From contig NC_069004.1 of the NCBI RefSeq assembly GCF_001194135.2, positions 15,164,365-15,228,364 on the forward strand: a stretch of DNA of 64,000 nt, written 5' to 3'. Positions 1 to 13,082 of this stretch are shown here, one piece after another. The translations under genes were made by a program, and so were the position numbers. The first letter of the stretch is position 1. Every line of letters begins with the position of its first letter. Source of the DNA: Octopus bimaculoides. Lineage: Eukaryota. A model generated the notes under the pieces. The model made no database searches and was not told the DNA's origin. It saw only the letters and a list, made by a program, of their open reading frames with translations.

Positions 1-2125
1 TTGTGGTATTTCATGTCTTTATGTTAAGAAGGTGCATGCAAAATTCAGCCAAGGTTGACTTTGCCTTTCATCAATTCAGGGTCAATAAAATAAGTACTAA
101 TCGAGTACTGAGGTTCAATGTAATCAACTTACCGATGACCCCGAAATTGCTGGCCTTGTGCCAAAATTTTAAATCAATATTTTTACTAATTATGTTCCAT
201 ATTTGACCATGAGTAAGAGTGTGTGGCAGCAGCTTAACTTTTGAGAAACTGAAAAGGAAAGGAGGTGGCAGTCATTATTGGAGAGGAGGGAGGAGGAGCC
301 GAGGATTGTTAATGTAAAAAGATAATGGTTAGAATATGTAAGACTGTTTTTATTAAATAAAAACAATAGTTTTCGAGAAGGTTTCAATATATTAGGTTTA
401 TATATTTAAGAAAACAGAAAAGTAAAAAGAAAAAAAAATATAAGAGGCAGCAGCAGGCAGTAGCATGACCATTCCTTGAAGTTCTGGAAATGAGTAGTGG
501 AAGGATCTTGCAGATGGTGTTCAGTGTGGAGAAAAGCCAGGCATGTCTCATTCAACAGGAATAACAAGAGAATTTTGATCTTGTGGGTCGCTTGTGTTGG
601 CAACTGTACAATACTGCTCTGGTAAACAGAACAGATCATTTATCAGCATCTAGCAACAACAATGGCAACAACTACAACAGCTACAACAACAATGGTTACA
701 ACAGCAGCAAGAACAACAATGCAATGGCAATTCTGCAACAATTATGAATAATTCATTAAATTCATTGAGGGAAATTTTTTTTCTAATGATTTAAAACGAT
801 TAAAAGAAAAGTACGTGTAACTTACGTGAGGCAATTAATAAATCATAAAATGAGACAACTAGTGTTGCTGTTGTTGATCAAGCATACCTATCTATAATCA
901 ATGGCAGTTCAATCAGGACCAGCCTCTCTTTTCCCCAGGCACAGAATACTAAAGTCTGCATTTTCCAATGTGTTCTTTTCTAACATTATAAGTTGCCCTT
1001 CATCCTTTCAGGGTCAATAAATTAAGTACCAGTTGAAGACTGGAGTTGATGTGATTGACTTTCTCCTCCCCTAAAATTTCAGGTTTTGTGTCTATAGTAG
1101 AAAGGATTATTATTATTATTATTATTATTATTATGATGAAAGCAGTGAACCGGCAGAATCGTTAGCATGCCAGGCAAAATGTTTAGCAGTATTTCATCTG
1201 CCGCTATGTTTTAAATCCAACTTCTGGCAATGTCAACTTTGCCTTCCATCCTTTTGGGGTCAGTAAAACAAGTACCACTTGTGGCAAAATTTGAAACCAT
1301 TATTACCTCTGCCTTAGCGAAGGCAGAGGTATTGTTTTCAGTCATGTTTGTTAGTTTGTTTGTTTGTTAGTCCGTTGACAAGATATCTCTAGGACTGCTG
1401 GAATGATTTGGATGAAACTTTCAGGGATGTTTGGCACGAACTGATTAGATTTTGAGATCAATCCAGTACCGGACAAGAATTCTGAATTATTTTTCGTTTT
1501 TTTACTTAATTTTTGAGAGCGGTCAGATTCATTTTTAGTATTCTTGTTTGTGAGAGCAATTTAGTTTATTTCAGATATACTCACTTTAAAAATCATCTCT
1601 GGCTAATCGTTGAGAGGACATTGGTGTTGCCTTGGCGGAAGATTGCACTCTCTGAGTGCTCTTGTTATTATCATTATGGCCAGGCAAGCTGGCAGAACTG
1701 TTAGCATGCCAGGCAAAATGCTTAGTGGCATTTCATTCATCTGCATATTCTGAGTTCAAATTCCACCAAGGTCGACTTTGCCTTTCATCCTTTCAGAGTC
1801 AATAAATTAAATACCAGTAAAATACTGAGGTTGATGTAATCGACTAGTCCCCTCCCCCAAAAACTTCAGGCCTCGTACCTTTAGTAGAAAGGATAATTAT
1901 TATTATTATTATGGCTGGGTCATCTGGCAGAAATGTTAGTATTCTGGGCAAAATGTTAAGCGGCATTTTGTCCAACTGCACATTCTGAGTTCAAATTCAG
2001 TCAATGTTAATTTTGCCTTTCATCCTTTTGGGGTTGATAAAAGAAGTACTGGGGTCAATGTAATCGACTTACCCCTTCCTCCAAAATTGCTGGCCTTGTG
2101 CCAACATTTAAAACCATTATTATTA
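1..2125 (+). mobile_element. Cluster of about 5 copies of a second SINE family (others at 23820, 32830, 35020, 36540, 45490, 52720, 58030)
   Basis: Recurrent ctgagttcaaattcc...gactttgcctttcatcctttc...ggccttgtgccaaaatttgaaac with (TTA)n tails. Confidence 0.8.
1303..1666 (+). mobile_element. Helentron/DINE-1-like non-autonomous element (second partial copy 32232-32465)
   Basis: 5' palindrome acctctgcctt-agcg-aaggcagaggt; 3' subterminal repeat gccttggcgga followed by hairpin gcactc-tct-gagtgc; T-rich flanks. Confidence 0.6.
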
Positions 2126-2149
2126 TGGCTGGGTTCCAACCTGGGCCAC

Positions 2150-2340
2150 AGCAACAAAGTCCATCTGCCAAATTTCTCGGTCCATCATCACTGCCTCATG
2201 ATCCTTGGAACATTCCAGGCCAGTATCTGTGATCAAGTTGTTGATGTGTGACGATTTTCCTCCTCTTGCATCACTATGAAGTGGGTTCAGGGTAGTACAC
2301 ACACTGACTAGATGATAGCAGCCATCTTTGCCTGACCTTC
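2150..2340 (-). mobile_element. RTE 3' coding relic
   Basis: NNLITDTGL...AVMMDREIWQ resembles the RTE C-terminus. Confidence 0.45.
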
Positions 2341-5129
2341 TAATATGATAAAGTTGTGACTGTGGGAGACTTGGTTGCTATTTGATGCAGGCCAAGCAAG
2401 CATACACAGATTCCGTATATAGACACAATTGTCAGAAGGTGTTTACATGATGTAATTGTATGACAGTTGTATGTTGGTTGCATGAGACAGCTAGACTAAA
2501 GAAAGGAAAAAATTGACTGTCGAGAGCTGGAAACATTCCATGCAGCCTTTTATCCTTCAACGTTTTCACTCCTTATATAATATTTTGTCTATCCAAACAA
2601 CTGGTTGTTTATTTGTTTAACAATTTCTGTCTATCAGTCTATCTCCTTCAATTTAAACGGAGTTGATGTAGATAGGCTTTATGAGCATACTACAACTTTA
2701 TAACTCTTGGAAACGCTTAAATACTAAAAGACTGTGTCACAACTGGATTCTGTGGGAGAGATTTTTGAGCATTAATGAGAGAGAGAGGGATAAAGGCAAA
2801 ATGAGATAATGAAATAGTTTGGAAGCATAGGAAGAAGTTGTTGTGAAAGAAATTGAAGTGATTATAGTAAATGTAGTAAAACAAAAGGGAATAGAAGAAC
2901 AACAGAATGGCTGAATGTTTAGTTAGGAGAATTGCTGGTTATATTAGTTCACAGAATATTTTCATAGAAACACTGAACTGTTTGCCAAAAACAATTCAGA
3001 TAGTAAAACTGAGCAGAGCCTCAAATAGTTTCCTGCGCAGTCTCAAAGACTAACAGCCCTTATTGGAGACAATTTCTCTGTAACTACACAACATCTTCAA
3101 TATAGTAGCCAAATTCCTTTTAATAAACACTTTTTATTTTTTTATAAAGATGAAGTATAATACAATTTTAGTTCAAAATTTTTGGCAATGTATTTATAAC
3201 AAAATACAACCCCAATTTGGAAACAGCATATCCAACATAATAAGGGTAAAAAGTAAAGACCCCCTTCAGTCATGAATGATCATGGGGTTGCACCTAGAGA
3301 GATACCCTCTGAGGCACAAGTCCGGGCAAAGTTGTTTATGGAAAACCAGCAGTTGCCCATGCATACCAACCTGCCCTCTCCACACTGATGTTATCCAAAG
3401 GAAAGGCAAAGGCTGATACAGTTTGGCACCAGTGATGTCGCCAACTCATTTCTACAGATGAGTGAACTGGAGCAATGTGAAATAAAGTGTCTTGCTGAAG
3501 AACACAACGCACAGCCTGGTCTAGGAATCGAACTCACTACCTCATGATTGTGAGCCAAGCACTCTAACCACTGAGCCATATTCCTTCACTTCCACCATAA
3601 AGATGACAAAACAGTCACAGATTGGACATAACCATTATGCTTTGTGTTATAGAAACTCAAGCAGGGCTGACAAACTCAACAACAGCAACAGTTATTACAT
3701 TCACAAACATTTATAGTCAAAAGATTATTAACCCTTTAGCATTTAAACTAGCCAAATCAGGCTCAAATATTCTACTGTCTTATGTTCAAACTGGCAAGAT
3801 CTGGCCTCTCACACCAATCCTATAATGTCATTCTAAAACAAACAATTACATCATCGAAATCTTGAAGCTACAAGATAATGCATGAGTAACTCAAAACAAT
3901 ATTAATAAATAAGCATCATATCTGACAGAGTAATATGAATGCTAAAGGGTTAAATTCTGCACAAATATTCAACAGTTGAAGCTATCATGAAGTTAATACT
4001 ACAAAAAGAAAAAAGAAAAAAAAGACTTTGGTATATAACCCACCAAGAGTATATAAACCTACCAAGAATACAAACACCATAGTAGACATCCATCAGGGGA
4101 ATCCATTTGGAATACAGCAACCCAGTACATACATTGATATGGAGACAAAAAAAAGTTAACACTTCAATAATGAACAAAAAATTAAAGCACTCAGCAAAAC
4201 AAAGCCTTATTTATTTAAGGAACTTTTATTTTCAATATTTGATATAGATGCAATGGAGGTTACCTAGAAAAGGTGGAGAAAGTGTTGAGGCACAGGGAGA
4301 ACAAAACAGACTCTCTAAGGAGAAGAAATGGATCAAACTAGAAGGTAAGCATGTTGAAACACGTAGATTCTGTGAAAGGCTGACAACCAGATTCCAATGC
4401 TCTGGGTTAGCAAGCTGAAGCAAGAATAGAAAGAATGGAACAGATGGGGGGAAAAGATGAGATCGAGGGAAAAAAACAAACAAGGAAACTGCAGTATATT
4501 GGTGCAAAATTTTGGTGCAGCATTGTTGAGCAGCAGACTTCTTTAAATTGTTCAAGAATTATCTGTCAAACCCTTGTTGGTTTCTTCTACAGTTATGCTG
4601 TTTCTCGCTAGAAAAATCATAGGCAGTTGTGTATGTAACTCACATGAAGCGCAATGAGGCAGACTACACAATTCAATCACCAACATCTGCGACAACATTT
4701 TCACACAGCATCAAATGGAAGAGAGCAAAAGTACCATGCCAGAAAAAAAAAAAAAAAAAAAANNNNNNNNNNNNNNNNNNNNNNNNNNNNNNNNNNNNNN
4801 NNNNNNNNNNNNNNNNNNNNNNNNNNNNNNNNNNNNNNNNNNNNNNNNNNNNNNNNNNNNNNNNNNNNNNNNNNNNNNNNNNNNNNNNNNNNNNNNNNNN
4901 NNNNNNNNNNNNNNNNNNNNNNNNNNNNNNNNNNNNNNNNNNNNNNNNNNNNNNNNNNNNNNNNNNNNNNNNNNNNNNNNNNNNNNNNNNNNNNNNNNNN
5001 NNNNNNNNNNNNNNNNNNNNNNNNNNNNNNNNNNNNNNNNNNNNNNNNNNNNNNNNNNNNNNNNNNNNNNNNNNNNNNNNNNNNNNNNNNNNNNNNNNNN
5101 NNNNNNNNNNNNNNNNNNNNNNNNNNNNN

Positions 5130-5278
5130 ATTACTATACAAGAATGCCTCATGCTAAGAGGGACTCTAAGGTCAAACTACTATAATAAACACATTACATT
5201 TTTATCAGTAAAATTGTGTTTATTATGGTAGTCTGACCTTAGAGTCCCTCTTAGCATGAGGCATTCTTGTATAGTAAT
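5130..5278. repeat. Foldback inverted repeat (about 63-bp stem)
   Basis: attactatacaagaatgcc...aaacaca pairs with tgtgttt...gcattcttgtatagtaat, 2 mismatches; left end abuts an N gap. Confidence 0.9.
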
Positions 5279-6488
5279 GCCCTTATATAACTAAATATAT
5301 ATATATATATACATGTATATACACACACACATATATATATTTCAAATATTTTTAACATTATCAAAAGACAAGTGAGTTGGAAAGTCAGAGTTACACATGA
5401 TAAGGCAGTGACCAACATTGCAATATCCTCTTGAGTTCAAAGTCCAACAAACATTAATTCCGTTCAAATAGACTGGAAGTAAATCAATACAGTATTCCAA
5501 ATGTGTCAACAGGGGCTCAAGGGATTCATAAGCATGGATCCTTATTTCATAAGCAAGATTGCTAAAATAGTCAACTACACTAAATACTTTATACATTCTC
5601 AACATCTACTGAGCCCACTCCAATCTCTCTCAAAAGCAAAAAAAAACACTACATGTACAAGTGTCTAAATCAGTGATTCTCAAGCAATTTTTTTTTTTAC
5701 TTATGGACCCCTCTGATTCCAATTCTAATCAGTTAGACCCTCATAGTCGGTCAATGTTTCCAAAAAAAGAAGAAAAAAATCCTGTTACATTTTTATAATT
5801 AGATGTTATAAGAAATTGTACTAAAAAATTTGTTAAAACATTTTGCATTGTGAAGAAGTATAACCAATTTATTGCACATAAAGTTTAACAACAAAATTTT
5901 ATGTGGATCCCACTCAAAGGTCATATAGACCCCAGTTGAGGACCACTGGTCTAAATGATACAAAATGAATTTAAACTTGAGCCATGTCAATTAGTTTGGT
6001 GATAATTTCGCCACCCATCTAATTTGTTATCCAGGACAGCTGTAAGCGAAAGAATTTAGAATTTATATTTTATGAACATTTCACTTCTTAAAGTCCCGAA
6101 ATATGAAATAGTACTATTACAGTGCATCAATACTGGCCACAACAGACCATCTAAAATAAAAGAATATTGGGTGTTTTCTTGTGTGTGTGTATTTATTTTA
6201 TTTTATTTTATTTTTTTATTTTTCTAATACAAACTATAAACCAAAGAGAAGTGTTTAGATACAAACAAATGTGTATCTATTACCAATAAGACAACAAGCA
6301 ACAATACAATTCTGTTTATTCTGTCTGAAAGGAACCAATCAGTTGTTATCAAGGAGTGATTTCTGCTTAAAAACAAATGTCATTTGCAGATGAATTCAAA
6401 TAAATACAATTTCTGTTAATTGGAAATTTATGATGAATAAATATGTTTTGTAAATATACTTCATCTTCAGAGTTGATTGCTTACCATA

Positions 6489-6534
<46 letters not shown>

Positions 6535-6555
6535 CANNNNNNNNNNCACACACAC

Positions 6556-6588
<33 letters not shown>

Positions 6589-8296
6589 TAGAGAGAGAGT
6601 AACCTAGATACACATGTATACACAAGTAGCTATCTATTTACCTATATATATATATATGGGAGAATTTACGAAAAAAACAGATGAAGACAGGTGGTGTAAA
6701 CATATATATGTATATATGTATTGTTGTATACATACATGGGGCAAAGGTGATAAAAAATACATGGAGAGGAGGTGAGAATAAACAGAGAACTGGTATTGGT
6801 TTGATGTTCAGGAGAAGGGAAAAGGAGAACGAAATGTTTTTAATGTTTCAAGCATTTACTCTTATTCTGACAGATAGGACAAACACAGAAAGAACAGACG
6901 GAAAAGAAAAATTGGACAAATTGAAATGTATGTGTATCCAACAAGTACAGCATGGTGAATGTGGTAGCATTAGGAAGAGCATCCCGCCATAGAAACTTTA
7001 CCAAAACAGGCAATTGGTACTTGGTGCAGCTCTCTGTCTGGCTTGCTAGCTTCTGCCGAACCACCCAACCAAAGCTAGCATGGAAAATGGATGTTGAATG
7101 ATGATGATGATGATGATATTATATACACACACACACACACACATATACACATTTTTTATCTCATACTATAAAAGGCCTTTGAGTTAGAAGAGAAGTTTTC
7201 ATGTTAGCATAGGGAGGGTTATACCAACATATTTGGTGTTTCCTTGGTTTGTTTGTAATTGAACAGTGAAGACACATGACAGTGATTAGGGGGCATTTGA
7301 CTCAGGGTTATAAGGTTGTGAGTTCAATTCCTGGGGGTGTCTTCTTTCCTTGAGCAAGACACTTTATTTCACATTGCTCCAGTTCACTCAGCTGGCAGAA
7401 ATGAGTTGTACCTGCAATTCAAAAGGGTCATACAATCTCCCTGAGAACTACATTAATGGCACATATATCTGTGGAGTGCTCAGCCACTTGCACGTTAATT
7501 TCATGAGCAGGCTGTTCCATTGAATGGATCAACTGGAACTCACATCACAGTAACCAACAGGGTGCCAGATTTGTAATCATACAGATAGTCCCAGGGTTCG
7601 TTGTATCAGTGGAAAGATCCAAGTTCTGAGGTTCACCACAAGCTCTTCATCTAGCCTATTATTCAATCAAACAGTATAGTGGTGGTTGTTATGTTTATGG
7701 GTGACCAAACTATTTCTAGAGTTGTGGGGTTTAGAAGATGAATCCAAAGTATTGTTAATTCAAGTAGTCAAACTATTGGTAAATGTGGCTTGTTTAAGTT
7801 TGGTGTTATTGCAGTATGATTATAATTTGATCCTAACCACTTCTTTTAAGAGCTGGTTGTAGTATTTGGCATGATTTTGGAATATATTTTGGTGAGCAGA
7901 AATATTAGAGATTCTAATGGATATGGTTTAACAATGCTGTCCCTAACTGAAAGAGGTTTGTAATTTGGGCAGAGTCAGATGAGCCATTGTAATGTCAAAC
8001 TCATTATTTCAGGTGACACGGTACCATAATTTACCCTGGAAACTCATAAGTGTATGCACTACTCCATCAGAGATTACAAAAAAAATGAGTTGCAAAAATC
8101 AGAGCCTTATTCAATAGAATTGGTGAAATCAAAGAATAATAACTGTCTATGTCAAACTGGATGAAATGATATATTAATTTTGTTAGTAAGCTTAATGAAC
8201 CAATTAATGACTTTGCTGGAGTTGTACCATAGGCTCAGATGGGTATTATTCTAATATTATGATTATTCTAATATTAGCAGAACATATTCATTCACA

Positions 8297-8420
8297 TGGC
8301 CCATTATGGTTAAAGCCCAACCCTATAGTGGTATTGGAAGATCCTGTAAACTCTGCCTTGGCAAAACCCTCAAAATTCTATTCACAGATAGGAAAACATT
8401 CTCAACAAACATAAACTCAT
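8297..8420 (+). mobile_element. Penelope-like element, GIY-YIG C-terminal fragment
   Basis: WPIMVKAQPYSGIGRSCKLCL.K...IL resembles the recalled PLE motif W.I..KA.PY......C.LCL.EK..IL. Confidence 0.5.
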
Positions 8421-8505
8421 CATCGACTATATATACTTATATACATTAAAGACAGTGCCCCAGCATGGCTGCAATTGTCAAGCTGAAACTAGTGAAAGAA
8501 TTAAA

Positions 8506-8566
<61 letters not shown>

Positions 8567-8567
<1 letters not shown>

Positions 8568-8925
8568 TAGCAAACGCATCCCACCATCTGTTGGCTGATG
8601 CAAGTTTGTGATAAGACTGGAGTCTAAAATGTGTAACGCTGCTTCTGTCTGTGATGCTCTGGCGATCAAAGTAGAAGCAGCATTGCGAGCATGCTGAAGA
8701 TCTGCTTGTTGAGCTGTCTGTGATGATCTGGTGATCAAATTAGAGGCAGCATTGCAAGCACGCCAGAGTTCTGCTTCTTGAGCTGTCTGTGATGTTCTGG
8801 CGGTTGAAGTAGAAGCAGCATTGTGAACATGCCGAAGCACACATTGTTCTTCTGTCTCACTTGCCTGCAAGGAATGCAAAATGGAAGCATTTTTTTGTTT
8901 TTCTGATAATGCTTTCACGAGGCAT
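8567..8925 (-). mobile_element. Helitron-like fragment: N-terminal repeat peptide then CTAG end
   Basis: ATG CCT CGT (MPR) at 8925, frameshifting into 63-bp/21-aa repeats (RNAAST..R.SQT.QQA); minus-strand CTAG|T at 8570-8567 with a weak hairpin. Confidence 0.45.
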
Positions 8926-10391
8926 CCTATCGAAAATCTGTAATTGAATGAATCTTTGAAAAATCAAATTGACCTCATTGCTAAATATGGTATTTCAACA
9001 CAAAAAATTCCCACAACATTTAAGTGCACAATTATTTGCAATGATATTGTAAGCACCAAATGACACATGGATGCAGACAGCTGTGAATGAGCATTCATAT
9101 CTATAAGCACATGTGGACAGAACATATTTCGAGAAAATCGATATTCTATTGACCAAAAGTGCAATTGTGATAAAATATAAATGATCGATGCAAGCACCAG
9201 TGCACTGACAGGTAGCAGAAGGTAAAGGGTATTTCTAAGAAATATCACACTTAAATGCGAAATTCAATACAAAGAATATGCAAATCAAAATGGTTTCTAA
9301 GACTTCTCTGAAAATGAAAGACAGCCAAAACCAGGCTTCGTTTGGGAAAAAAAGGATGTTAGCATTAAAATTACCTTATATTCATTTGGAAGTAATGAAA
9401 ATTCTTTATAAATAAAGTTAAAGTCCATGTAACTGGAAAACTTCAAATGGAATATAGGGTTTGGCAATATGCGATGTTGACTGATAAAGTAGCAAACCTT
9501 GTGGATGAATAAGCTACCAGAACTGACCAAACAGTGCAATTTAGAATATAACCGATAAATTTGATCTGTAAAATTTGTAAAAATGATTAGAAGTTGCCAA
9601 AATATTGTTCCATTATGCTTACCGATAAAAACAACTCATCATTTGAAATGTTAATACTAATATTCCTTCTGCATGAAATGGAATGAAAGAATAAACAATG
9701 GGCATGCACATGTCAAATCAAGTGAGTTACGCAAAAGTCGAAAAATACCGCTCATCTTTTGTTCTATATAAGAAACTGTCAGCTGAAGTTTTATATATTT
9801 ATCACCCAAATTTCCACGTTCAATTACCAATCAATTTGTCATTTTCTACTGTCAATTGAATTTTGTTGTGAGAAAATATTCACACAGTTGATTGACCGCC
9901 AATCAGTGCCAATTATTCCTTAAAGTTAATATTTTATTTCATTTTTACTTATTCAAAGTAATTGCCTTGTCTTCTTGCTCTTTTGTGTCAGCTTATTTAT
10001 CAAATACAGAATGACACACCTGGATACATGTGTTCAAGTACAGTTCATTCTAGAATGATATCGATTTTAATTGCAATCTCATATGTTCTTTCATGAAATT
10101 GCTTAGAAAGCTTAATGCAATTAATATTCTGATGCTGATTGTATGAACATAGCGACCGTTCACACATGATTTGCGGAACGATAGCCAATAAGCACTATTG
10201 AAATCAGATTTTTCATCAAGATTTTGATTAAAAAAGGGCAAATCTCACTTTGAAACCAACGATTATGTTATGAAATTTAACTGATGCACCCACTGTGATG
10301 CCTTCTACCTATGTGTAAAATTTCAGCAGAATCAGTTGAAAAATACAGCCATTATAATCTTTTACACAGATACACACACACACAGAATGGG

Positions 10392-10462
<71 letters not shown>

Positions 10463-10482
10463 TAGGCATATATACATAAGTA

Positions 10483-10552
<70 letters not shown>

Positions 10553-11249
10553 TACACATACATACATACATATAAATTTGTAATATGGATTCATAGAATT
10601 GTGTAGTTATCACAGAAAGTTCCTCTAATAGACCTGGCTATCATGCTATAAAGTAATCTATACAGAGGAGTATAATGCAGAGTTCCATGCAGCTTAAATC
10701 TGAAGGATCTGATCAATGAGATTATTTCATGAGGAGTTAGGAATATGAAAGACAAATGTATTTATTTAACCACTTCTTATCTTTAGCATTTCAGCGACTT
10801 CACAGCCTTCTCTATGTAACAATAATTTCAGTGTATAATAAATTATGTTTACATGTCTACACTCATATATTTACAATTGTATATTCACAAATCAATGCAG
10901 ATAAAGAAAGCTAGCTTTCTTTATCTACATTGATTCAATGCAGATAAAACTGCATCATTTCTGTAACTATATTCTGGTGATCTGATAAGCTAGCTTTCTT
11001 TGTGTGGGCATGTGTGTGTGTGTGTAAGAAAAAATATATATATAGATCTTTGCATCATAGCCAATTGATGTGCTGTCCTCTTCATAGTATCTCATGTCTC
11101 ATTTGCATATAAGGGCATAGTAGGATGGTGTTATTGAAGAGTCTGATAAATATGGTATTGTCTGGCTTTGTTTTGAACATCCTTTATCAAGTTAAGTGCC
11201 CTCTATCCAGCTCTTATTCTCTTTGAGATTTCAGCATTCATATCTCAGT

Positions 11250-11625
11250 GCATTTTCACTGTGTTCTCTAAGAAAACGTGCTCCTTTATCTCCTTGATTT
11301 CATTACTTCCCACCTCTATTTGGCCTTGTGTTATGCCTAGCAAACACAAATATTTTGCTTCCATGCAGTTCATTTTAAGACCTACTGCTAAGCTCTGAGT
11401 GTCCAGCTTGGTCAGCATGGTCTGCAGCTGCTCTGTGGTTTCAACAATGAGTACAATGTCATCAGCGAATCAGAGGTGTGTCAGTTACTTCCCATTGTGT
11501 TTGTCCTATCTGTCAGAATAAGAGTAAATGCTTGAAACATGCCCAGTCAATGTCCTTGATGACTATTTCTAAACATGTGGTAAAGAGCTTTAGAGAGATG
11601 ATATCTCCTTGCTTGACACCCTTCT
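11250..11625 (-). mobile_element. RTE-clade RT relic
   Basis: KGVKQGDIISLKLFTTCLE ... LTHL*FADDIVL ... GLKMN. Confidence 0.75.
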
Positions 11626-12925
11626 CAACTGGGACTCATACACACATGCACACACACACACACATATATTAAGTAGTTAAAAGCTATGGCTAGTCATAGA
11701 GTGACCATTGGTTTCACACTTATAAAGTGCTTAGCTGTATAGTAATCAGACTCAAAATCAGATTCTAATGAATCCTGTAACTGCTTTATAAGTGCTAAAC
11801 TAATGGTCGCTCTAAGACTGGGCATAACTTTTAACTTCCTAAAAAATATTACTGCTCTAATGCTTCAGAGTGTGCTTCTTTTCAGATATATAAACAACTG
11901 ATTATATATATATNNNNNNNNNNNNNNNNNNNNNNNNNNNNNNNNNNNNNNNNNNNNNNNNNNNNNNNNNNNNNNNNNNNNNNNNNNNNNNNNNNNNNNN
12001 NNNNNNNNNNNNNNNNNNNNNNNNNNNNNNNNNNNNNNNNNNNNNNNNNNNNNNNNNNNNNNNNNNNNNNNNNNNNNNNNNNNNNNNNNNNNNNNNNNNN
12101 NNNNNNNNNNNNNNNNNNNNNATTTGAGCGTGGTCAATGCCAGTGCCGGCTGACTGGTTTCTGTACTAGTGGCACATAAAAAGCACCATTCAAGCGTGGT
12201 CAATGCCAGTACCACTTGACTAACACTCGTGCCAGTGGCATGTAAAAAGTACCCACTACACTCCCAGAGTGGTTGGCGTTAGGAAGGGCATCCAGCTGTA
12301 GAAACTTCACCAGATCAGATTGGAGCCTGGTGCAGCCTTCTGGCTTGTCAGCCCTGTCAAACTGTCCAACCCAGGCTAGCAATGGAAAACAGATGTTAAA
12401 CGATGAAGATGATGATATGCATACATATATATTTATATATATGCGAGGTATGATTTTCAACAAGTAGTGTAGCACTCAGTCAGTTAAGAGAGTAAAGATA
12501 TTATAATAAAAACCACAAAAAGCCTTGTGAAATACAACTGCCCAGGGTTTCTTGGTCAAAATAATTTATTTCACCATTTATCAAGCTGATGATAGGAAAA
12601 CAAAGTTTAGTAACTGCATTCAATACAATCAACATCTGAATGAGCACACACATTTAGATGAAGAATCTTCAGTAAGTTGGGGTGAGATTTTTCTCTTGAT
12701 GTCCATATTTTACAAAATACATTTCAGCGGGAATTAAGAATAAGTCACCAGACACCATAAAGCATACCAATGTTGGTTTATGTAATTTCTGATATTCATA
12801 AGACACTGGGAATATTTATTGTGAGGTTAATTCTCCCCTTGTGTTTCTCACTACCTTTTTTCTAAATATGCATGCTCATTCATGTCGATTGCATTGAACA
12901 CAGTTATAAAACTGTCTTCTTCACT

Positions 12926-12975
<50 letters not shown>

Positions 12976-13047
12976 NNNNNNNNNNNNNNNNNNNNNNNNN
13001 NNNNNNNNNNNNNNNNNNNNNNNNNNNNNNNNNNNNNNNNNNNNNNN

Positions 13048-13082
<35 letters not shown>

